Source: Octopus vulgaris
Taxonomy: Eukaryota
Assembly (NCBI GenBank): GCA_951406725.2
Contig: OX597825.1
Span: 42,098,001-42,162,000, forward strand
Reading direction: 5' to 3'
DNA: 64,000 bases
The notes beneath the pieces are model-generated. The model was given only the letters and a program-made list of their open reading frames with translations, did not search any database and was not told where the DNA came from. Of this stretch, positions 1 to 9,479 are shown one piece after another (position 1 is the stretch's first letter; each line of letters starts with the position of its first letter). The translations under genes were made by a program, and so were the position numbers.

Positions 1-800
1 TATCTTGTGAGAGATTGGAGATACCTTTCTGATACCAGTGACCAGGTTCCTAGTTACAGCTTTGGTGTGAAGATTCCTATAAATATAAACAATTTCATCA
101 CTATGCTCTTTATAGAGCTGGTACTTACCTGTCTCTAGGTCTAGAGTTACTTGCAGAAAGTTGACTTTTGTTAATTTGGTAGCAATGGTTATACTTCCAC
201 CAAAATATTGAAGAGATTTATAAAATTTTCCCTGCAGTTATGCATATTTTGACCATTCATATAGATTGAGATTGCCAAGCAGTCATCCTTGCACAAAGCC
301 AAACTGTGAAGGCATGTATGTTTTTTCTTAATGGTATCCAAAATAAATAACCCAACAATGTCACAGAACTCAACCCTGTCATAGCACCAAATGGATATGG
401 TGGGTAGAAGTACTTTTAACTGTTTAACCAGTAGGAATATGTGTGAAGCTGGAGCAACTTCCAGGCATTAATATGGATTTTGATATTGAGACTGTTAGGG
501 CCTTCAAGAGAAGAGATCTCAGTATTAAAGGATAGAAATTTATATCAAACTGGGTTAATTTACAGTTTGCTTTTTTCTTGATGTAGCAGAAGCAGTTAAT
601 TACAACAACAATGCCATTAACTTTGTAGCCATTCTGATATTTTAGAGTTGATAACATTGATAATACATTTATTTATAATATTTATCTTACTTTTAGCATT
701 TGATTGGCCTGCATTTAGGATTTGAAAGATGGTTGAACTTGAGATCATTAATCATAATAAAGGAAGGGGCGTGGTAAAGTGGTTCACATCATCTATCTTT
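1..800 (+). mobile_element. Highly degraded Penelope-like (PLE) RT-thumb/GIY-YIG remnant (tentative)
   Basis: Fragmentary translations KYKQFHHYALYRA, GSNGYTS and QTGLIYSL resemble the PLE thumb (K..I..L..RA, NGY) and the start of GIY-YIG, in the expected order. Many stops and frameshifts. Confidence 0.3.
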
Positions 801-1559
801 AAGAGAATGGCTAACTTTTTCACTTCATTGTTTGTGTCAATATATTTTGAGATGTAAGCTTTCTATTATGTTTTGGTTATGGGGTTTGTGAGAAGTCTAT
901 TGTGTGTGGAGATATTTGTTTCATATTCTTTGATTTGTTGGTGGGAATGTCGAAATTAAATAATGCAATTTTTAAGATTACCTTTCTGTGTGATAAATGT
1001 TAATGCAAAATATCAACCCCTACAGAATAACTGATGTAACATTCTGATGCTGAATAACTGATGCAAACATTGTGTCTGCCTATCACCTGAATTATAAATG
1101 AAAGAACTGCTGTTGTTAGCGAACTGAAGTATCTATGAACTCTGAACTGAAGAATGGAGGTCGAAATATTCCTACCAAAGCCATTTTAATATTGTACATT
1201 TTCTCCACCTTTATTCCACCTTTATTCTGAGACAAAAGAGTCAACCTGTCACATACGTGTAAATATGTGTGTCTATGTACGTACACTTTTACTTGTTTCA
1301 GCTAGAAGTTATGATCATGCTTGGGTAGTGCCATTGATGACCACTTCATATGTTTTCCTTCATTTTCTCTCCCTGTTTAGTTTTGGTGAATCAAAGAGTA
1401 TTATTCAATACTATTAAGTATTGAAATGGTGTAGGCTCTTGAACCTCAAGCAGATACTGTATTGGGTTTTTTACTCTATAGAGAGAGAATGATTACTTCA
1501 AATTCACTATTAATTTGACACTAAGTGCAGACCATAATAAGGAACAATATTCCAGGTGA

Positions 1560-2600
1560 CTGAGAGCAATTTTTCTCCACATCAATATGGTTTCATTTTC
1601 TCTTGTTCTGAACGATCTCAGAACCTAACCAACTAGCTGCTGGTACATTGACCCATCATAATAACATGTGAATGGAATGATGCATCATTATTCATGCAGA
1701 TTCCTAGGCCACCCACCGACTGTGGCTCTAGGATTGTATTACTTCCTGGTCCTGTGCATACTTACTGCAATCTATTTTGTGCACTGATAGCAGAGCGTTT
1801 GAAATCTTTAAGTATTGAACTGCCTATGATTTTCTTCATCTCACTTGAATATCGCACTCAGGTCTTTTTGTTCTTGACTGACTAACTGATACATTGGTGT
1901 TTTTGACAATACTAGTGAAGAGTAGCTGGCATATGATGTAAAGCATATCTGCAAGAACAATCACAAACAGTAGTGGCCCCACTTAAAACTGATGCCTCTT
2001 TAGAGAGAGTACTATTGGCTGCTACTGTCTAACTTCTAGATTATAAAAAAATTTATATTGCCACCTCTTAGCTCTCCAACTATACCAAGGTTATGCAGTT
2101 TGTGACATATTCCATGATAAACTTTATCAAAGGCTTTGGTAAACTGAAATATAAATACCTACACATATACAGAAGTGAGTTGTAGTCTCAGTACACAGTT
2201 ATAATACCGTAATAGCAGTGTGAAGCAGTTCCTACCGGAATGGAAACCATATTACATGTTAGTAAGCTATACATTTTCTTCTAGAAATATGATCAACTTT
2301 CTTCTGAAGATGCATTCTATGACTGCTGATGTGTGAGCTCAGAAACATAGGCCTGTAACCTTCAGCATCTGCTCTGCTTCCTTTTTTATGGTGAGGGCAT
2401 ATCATCCTTCTTTTAATGCTTTGAGAAGTCTGCTACATGCAAAGAAGTGCTAGAAAAGTATCTGCAATAGTCTTGTGAGAGCTTTTTTGCAAGTCGTTAA
2501 AAGATTTACTGGAAGATCATTGAGGTTTGTCACTGAATTCATGCTCACCTGGTTAGAGGCTTGTTTCACATCTCCCCTGTGCAGAGCTGGATAGTTCAAA
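1560..2600 (-). mobile_element. Degraded CR1/L2-type LINE reverse-transcriptase fragment
   Basis: Minus-strand translations YGFHSGRNCFTL (~2220-2253), FTKAFDKVYHGICHKLHNLGIVGEL (~2070-2146) and PLLFVIVLADM (~1945-1980) match non-LTR RT motifs in order. Confidence 0.7.
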
Positions 2601-2628
2601 AACTCTCTGGGTTTATTTATTTGCATAT

Positions 2629-2832
2629 TCTTTTACTTGTTTCTATCATTTGACAGCAGTCATGCTGGAGCACTGCCTTTTGTCAAACAAATGGACCCCA
2701 TAACTTATTCTTTGTAAGCCTAGTACTTATTCTATCAGGCTCTTTTGCCAAACTGCTAAGTTAATGGGATGTAAACACACCAACATCAGTTGCCAAGTGA
2801 TAGTGTGTGGACAAACACAGACACACAAATAC

Positions 2833-2865
<33 letters not shown>

Positions 2866-3022
2866 TATATATATATATATACAATGGGCTTCTTTAAGTT
2901 TCTGTCTGCCAAATCTACTCACAAGGCTTTGGTCAGCTCGAGGCTAGAGCAGAAGACACTTACCCAAGGTGCCATGTAAAGGGACTAAACCTGGAACCAT
3001 GGGGTTGGGAAGCAAGCTTCTT
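2629..3022 (-). mobile_element. tRNA-derived SINE family A, body (its head is displaced to 5996-6030 by an insertion)
   Basis: Reverse complement matches the complete copy at 54372-54780 (ggcaccttggg..gtcttct..., caaagccttgtgagt, tagaataagtactaggcttacaaagaataag, ggcagtgctccagcatg), including an internal (AT)/(AC) microsatellite. Confidence 0.85.
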
Positions 3023-3385
3023 TATTTTATTAAATTGGCCATGAAGGCCTTACAGAGAAGCAATGTGAGTTGGACATATACATTAATGAGATGAAAATGA
3101 CAAATATGAATGATGGAAATGGGAAGGGTATTCGGTGCCGGCAGACCGAACACCCTTCGAAATCACAGGTTCTTTTATTGCATAAAAATCAAAAAGTCAA
3201 TCAAATATCAAAAATACACTATCACTTTTCCCTTCTTCCTCCTTCCGGACCCCCAGTCATATATCTAGTCGCCTGCAGAGCAGACCGTGTTGACAGCTGG
3301 GAGTTCAGAAAGAAGAAGGCGAAGTGCCTTTTATCAAATGTTTGTGTCACACAGTGCCACAATTTCTAACTCACCACCTTCGCAG

Positions 3386-4450
3386 TTACCTGTGGAGGCC
3401 CAAGTATTCATCGACAGGGCACCCCCCCTCGAGGTAAACGAGGATAAAATCCTCCTCCTCTTCAGGGGGGGTCCCTGTCTGCTCTGTCAGGGGCACAACT
3501 CCCACTGACAGAGCCTCGCACACAGGCGGCACACATCCCACCAGTGCTTCAATAGGCAGCACAGGGCCATCCACTGACTGTCCCCTGCCTCCCCCTTTTC
3601 CTCTTTCCCTTTGAGGCTGCGGGGGCAGGGGTCTGTGTCGGTGGGCACGAAGGGACACTATCTCCTTCCGCCTCCTGTGCTGCCTGCACATTATTTGGTG
3701 AGCAGCCATTGTTGCTCGCCTATATTTTTCTCCTCATGGAGGCAGCTTCCTTCATGACTTCCATCGTCTCCCTCGCCACAGGGGGCGGGGGTGGGTACCT
3801 TACTTTCCTGTGCCAGGGCCATTTTACAGCCCCAGGGGCAGCCCTTCCTAATGTGGCCTGACTCCAGGCACGAATGACACTTGGTGGGGGGCGACCCTCA
3901 AGTATCACCGGATACTTGCAACCAGCCATTTTTAGGAACTCGGGGAATACCATTTTGCCTGTGGCCGATGGGATCCATAAGGTCAAAATTGCTTTTGACC
4001 CCTCCCAGTCGACCGCTGGCATCATTCTCACATTTAAGAGCCTGGGTCCGCTGCCTGATGGTATCCCCAATTCTTCCTGCTTCTGTGCTCAGGGGTAGCC
4101 CACATACCTAGGCTTTTATCACCCTCCTCCCACAATAAGTGGGGAAGAACAAAACTTCTTGCCCCTCAAGTGGCTCGCTGGCAAATCTGCCAGCTTCATC
4201 AGGGGTACCAAACAGCAACCAGACCGTTGCAAATTTGGTTCCCTGTGAAATAAATCTTATAGTTTGCAGGTAGTCTACCAACTCGTTCTCTATCACAATC
4301 TTGTCGAAGAGGGCAATGGCTCCATGCAACCTAGAATAGGCCCGTAGTACCACCATCCTCTTCTCAAGATCGTTAATCTACTGTTTGGTACGGGCCACCT
4401 CCCACTCCAAGGCAGTGGCACTGTTTATTTTTGCTACGCGCAAAAGAAAG
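3386..4450 (-). pseudogene. L1/Tx1-type ORF1 (RRM-like regions plus CCHC zinc knuckle), frameshifted
   Basis: Minus ORF pieces 4108-4356, 3720-4070 and 3386-3709 are collinear. After ILEGRP a frameshift gives TKCHSCLESGHIRKGCP (CX2CX4HX4C, ~3838-3888). VIKA*VCGLP resembles the start of a second RRM. Confidence 0.7.
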
Positions 4451-4866
4451 TCTTAAAAGTTCAACGAAAGTTCAAAGGTCAAAGAAAAAGTCCAAAAAAG
4501 GTACACAAAAAGTTAACAGAAACAATAAAAAAAATAAAACAAAGAAAGTCTAAAAAATAAATAAACAGTTCATAAAGAAAGAAAAAATCAAGAAAGATAG
4601 ACGGAAAAAAGAAAAACAATTCACACAGCAAAAATACAATTTCCTGGCCAACAAGTACTCCCAGCCAAATGTGGATAGGGTCCTTGGTATGAATTTTTTT
4701 TTTCCGTAACTGGTAAAATAAATCCAGTAAATCCAAACACAATACTGGCTACAGCCAACGGTAACTGCAACAGCAACTGTAACAGGTTCACACACACCCC
4801 ACCGCCTTTTTTCACAATAAATTCACAATATACAAAAACAGCAGCCACTGAGAGCAGGCAAAATTA

Positions 4867-5802
4867 CGAGGGACATTCAATAAGTAATGCCCCTGACCCA
4901 CTTGCAGTTGTTTGGTCTTGCTGAAATTTTGCATGTGCAATTATTTATATCTCTATAGATTTAGTGGTAAATTACAGCTTCTGATTCTGGTTTCTGATTT
5001 ACAGGTATTTGAACTGAGTCAAGTGTGAAATGGAGCCTGTTGAGTGTCGAGCAGTGATCCGGTTTTTGCATTTGAAAGGACGCATACCACAGGAGACTTT
5101 TGATGAAATGAAAGTAACTGATGGTGATGATGCCCCATCATATGACCTTGTAAAACGCTAGCAATGTGAATTCAAACATGGTCGGAACTCTGTGGAAACA
5201 GCTCCCAGATCTGGTCACCCCCCTTCTGCCATTGATGAGGCATCTGTCCGTCAAGTTGAGCAAGGTCATGCTCACAGTCTTCTGGGACCAGAACGGAGTA
5301 GTGATGACAGATTTCCTGGCAAAGGGTACCACAATTACAGGAGCCTATTATGCTTCACTTTTGAGGAAATTAAGAGAAGCTATCAAAATCAAGAGGCGGG
5401 GCAAGATCAGCAAAGGCATCCTCCTCCTGCAGGACAACGCTCCGGTCCACAACTCGCGTGTCGCCAGATCAGAAGCACAGGCATGCGTCTATGAACTTCT
5501 CCCCACCCCCTACTCTCCTGACCTTGCACCCTCTGATTTTCACCTCTTCCCAGCCATGAAGTTGTTTTTGAAAGGAAAGCGTTTACCAGATGATGCAGCC
5601 TTGATTTCTGAAGTCACATCGTAGTTGGAGGACCAAGCTGGGGTCTTCTACAAAAACGGTCTCCAGAGCTGCATCAAACACTGGGAGAAACGTGTAACTC
5701 TGGGTGGTTCCTATGTAGAAAAAGACTAATAACTGTGCCAAGTTTCGTTACTCTACTGCTATGGGAAGTGGGTCAGGGACATTACTTATTGAACGCCCCT
5801 CG
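4867..5802 (+). mobile_element. Mariner (DD34D) element with internal deletion
   Basis: TA duplication at 4865-4866 and 5803-5804. ~37-bp TIRs cgaggg..ttcaataagtaatg.ccctgacccactt. Motifs MLTVFWD, LQDNA, YSPDLAPSD. Lacks ~352 bp present in the copy at 46900-48192. Confidence 0.95.
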
Positions 5803-5995
5803 TATCCCAGAGCTGAGCAAAATTTATTAACAAAAAATTACAATATAATAAATTACTCCCAGCTCAGATAAAACAAAACCACCTACTTCGACGACCTTCT
5901 TTGTTTTTGTTCTTTTTTCTTGTAATTGGACGGAGCTAACAAGCCCATGTCCATTCTGGTAAAGCTGAAAGAAGTCGACTAACTGTGCATGTGCA

Positions 5996-6121
5996 GAAGC
6001 AAGCTTCTTACCACACAGCCATGCCTGCACCATCCACACAGCCACATCTGCACCTCCACACACCCACCCCTCAACACAGCCACATCTCCACACAGCCACC
6101 CCTCCACACAACCACACCTCC
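5996..6121 (-). repeat. SINE A head (A-box region) followed by degenerate ~16-bp tandem repeats of it
   Basis: gaagcaagcttcttaccacacagccatgcctgcac is the reverse complement of the SINE A 5' end. ccacacagccac-like units repeat about five more times. Confidence 0.65.
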
Positions 6122-7870
6122 AAATCTTTTATATTTTTTGCTTATTAGTGTCTCTTCCAGGCAGTTCTACCATTTTCTCCTTTGTGGTAATTGTTACCTC
6201 ACTTTGATCAGTTCTATTCTCCCTACCACTGCTTTGTGCAGTGTGGTTGCTGCTGTTTAGGCTTCTTGGTATCATTCTCAACCATGACATTAATATCTTT
6301 ATTTTGGTCCTTTACAAATCCTGAGTTACTTTGGTTGTTGGTTTATTTGTTTGCCTCTTTTTCATGCTGCATCAAGTTGTCTTATTAAAATTCATTTTTT
6401 CCTTTTCGTTTATGTCATTCGTCTCTAGATGACATAGCTCTGCTATCAGATTGTTAAGTGCATTGCACACAGCTAATCTATGCACTACGAAAAACAATAG
6501 GATTTCTTCAACTTGCCAATTTCATTTCACTGTGAATATTATTTTTAAAGATTTCTCCTTAATAAAGTCGGCTTTGTTGACATCCATCCGATTATGGGAT
6601 TTTTTGAGAGAAAAAGAAAGTAGAGCTGCTTGAAATGTGAGTTCATTTGTGGTAAAGATAATAAATTCGTGTAATTAGAATTGACTAGGTGTTTATAACT
6701 TCCAAAGAGATTTGTGATGAAAGCTGAAAGTGCTTAGTTGTTAAGATAATAAGATGGCTTAATTAGATTTATGTGATTGCTTATAATTTCATCGGAAGAG
6801 ATTTATGATGAAAAGTTGAAAAGTGATTTGTTGTGATGAAATAATAAAAGAAAATGAAATAATAAAACGAAATTCAATATAAAAATTTTACCAATTTTAA
6901 GTATGTGACTATAAGGCACAATTAAAATAGTCTTTATAACTTTAATATGTAAATACATTACACACACACACACACACACACATGTAGCGGAAATATTTAG
7001 CAATCAGGTTACTATATCTGATGCCGCAATTCACTGTAATATTGCCTATGTCATCACAAAAATTCTTACCAATCAGGACTTTGCATGGAACAGGCTTGAG
7101 CAACAATTTCATCTTTTGACATACTTCTTTCTGAGCCTAACTATCACTATATATTCAGTGCACATCAGCTTCTACAAGAGATTGTGAACAAATGACAGAC
7201 AGCACCTGATCCATAATACAAAAGCAAGGAACATACAGCAAACAAGACATCAGAAGTTATCCACAATGGACTAATTCCTTCAAATCATAAACACAGTAGC
7301 TATCCACAACAATAGACAAATGGTGATAGCAACATAAGGTCCAGCTAATATTTTGGCTGCTGCTACAATCACATCAATCCAAGAATTTTAATCTTCAACT
7401 CTCTTGATGCTTTGTTGTTCATAGTAACAAGATTTTTTTTAGTTGTATATGTAATGAATAGATATTTTGTTTAGTAAAATCTCAACAGATTTCAGTGTTT
7501 TCCATCGTAGCATATACATACATATATACAGTGTACTTTCGTTGATACATGTACCAACAGTAGACATGCTAATGAAATAGCAGCAACATAGGCAGAAAAC
7601 AAAAATAAAAAACCACAAAACCTTGAAGGAAACAAAATATCTGCGCTACACTACTCAACAGTTAAACCTAATGATAAAATGTAAAGAGAATAATGAGTTC
7701 ACACCTGATCGATTACATCTTCTGTGAAAAGTAATAAATTTCTTGAGGGAAAGCTAATTACTTCAAAATTCAAACTCAGGGTGCTGAGTGAAAAACTTCC
7801 TTATTCTAGAAAAATTTTTCAAGCAAGTTGGTATAAATCATAAATATATATGGATATGTGTAGATGTGGT

Positions 7871-7908
<38 letters not shown>

Positions 7909-7949
7909 CAAAATAAGCAACAAGGATATCCAATCACCCCATTTGATTT

Positions 7950-8300
7950 ATATGAATAATACCATACCAAATTCTGTTGCCTTTAACTTAAGCCCCATAT
8001 TCATCTGAATCTAAATTTTTGCTGCGCGCAAGCACATATCCACACTTGCACACACCTCCTCTAGCACTCTCCTGTCTTTGAAAGACCTTTTTCTTCACCC
8101 ATTCCCTTCCAGTCATCCAAAATGTGACCGCGTGTATATCGTTGGCGATTTTTTTCCCTCCGTCTTCCCTTCTTTGGATCTTTCCTTTTCCTATGATTCT
8201 GACAAAGAGCTCCGCTCGAAACGTTAAACCCTCCTTCTTTCCTGAGCGTCCAATGACAATATACTTGTTCCACGTCCTCGCGTTGTTGTGTTTTCATGTG
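7950..8300 (+). repeat. PLE pLTR-like repeat with a degenerate hammerhead motif (8199-8250)
   Basis: ctgacaa-a-gagc-tcc-gctc-gaa-acgtt...agcgt-c. Core has a G8A change; stems II and III and a GUC triplet are intact. Confidence 0.5.
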
Positions 8301-8469
8301 TGGGTGTATATACATACACCCACACACCTACACACACACACTCACACAAACATATATATATATGTATGTATAAATGGCGGTGCCTCAGCATGGCCACAGC
8401 TCATGAGCTGAAACTAGATAAAATCAAATCAAATTATCTCTCTCTCTATATATATAATTGAAATTTACA

Positions 8470-8588
8470 GGAAAATGAAGACAGGTGTATGAACAGCAAG
8501 GAGGTGTATTAGTTTGTAGCTCTAGAAAGTGAAAATGTCTTTTATGTTTCAAGCTTACACTCTTCAACAGAAAGGAATAAGTGAAAAT

Positions 8589-8590
<2 letters not shown>
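8470..8590 (-). repeat. Related repeat with a degenerate hammerhead-like motif
   Basis: Minus strand ctgttga-a-gagtgtaagctt-gaaac (8546-8570), same layout as 8199. Confidence 0.35.
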
Positions 8591-8619
<29 letters not shown>

Positions 8620-8964
8620 ATAAAAAAAGCACGTGGATTTAGAGATCAAGTATGGTGACTGGTTGGGAAAAAAGATTTGACAGGAGAGGTAGAAAGGAAA
8701 ATTCTTTAGGCAGTGGTGAACGTGGAGGAGGAAAGATTTGAAATCAGGCATGGAAAAAGGAGAAAAAAGAATGAAGAAAAGGAGAGAGACAGGCAAAGTA
8801 ATGGCATACGAAGTAATCTATCTATCTATCTAGCGCACGCATTATTTCGATATCAAAACTTTGGCTGTAAACTACGAACGCAAAAGATGAATCACAGATA
8901 AACATTCCTTTAAATTCAACCCGTTAACTACCTAGTATTATTTCTGCGCAATTGATCAACCCTT

Positions 8965-9152
8965 TTAGTTTATCTCTATTCTGTTTTTACTCTGTCTATT
9001 TCAGCTTCACACCTCATGTTAAATATATAATCTTATAGTTCCTTCTTACTTATCGTTAGTTTATCTCTATTCTGTTTCACTTTCTGTTTCACTTTCTCTA
9101 TTTCAGCTTCACGCCTCATATTAAATATATAATTCTATAGTTCCTCTTATCG
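8965..9152 (+). repeat. Diverged ~92-bp tandem duplication, possibly part of the RTE 5' region
   Basis: ttagtttatctctattctgttt...tttcagcttcac.cctcat.ttaaatatataa...tatagttcct...ttatcg occurs at 8965 and 9056. Confidence 0.8.
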
Positions 9153-9479
9153 ATGTCTAAGATAAATTTAGCTCACGCATCTCCCCTAAATCTGCAACAT
9201 ATCTCTCTCTCTCTCTCAATTATGTCTCTTAATACCTACAACGAAGTATTCTTTCTCCAAGAGATGAGATGCGCCCCTCATGGCTGCTAGTTTTTGCGGT
9301 GCATTCACTCCACCTATCCACCTTTACTGGAAGTCCCAATTTTGTCATCCTTGGTTGTCTCCCATGAGCACTTCAAAAGCTTACGCCAACCCACCCCCTG
9401 CTATATAAAGTTGTGATTTTATAGTGCAAAATATGATAGTGTAGTGTAGGCAGTTTGAACTTAAGTCTATAGTTTGTCT

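Larger units (their letters stand above)
3023..5995 (-). mobile_element. ORF1-only (HAL1-like) non-autonomous non-LTR retroposon, ~2.0 kb excluding the nested mariner
   Basis: 14-bp TSD gaagcaagcttctt at 3009-3022 and 5996-6009. A-rich 3' tail (minus ...ggccaatttaataaaataa). Gag-like ORF1 with CCHC knuckle. Only ~360 bp between the ORF1 stop and the tail, with no EN/RT. Confidence 0.75.

Noticed and set aside
1020-1160. Repeated ctgatg/ctgaaga as a hammerhead, or short repeats as a CRISPR-like array
   Set aside because: No consistent stem II/III pairing and no regular repeat-spacer structure; eukaryotic context.
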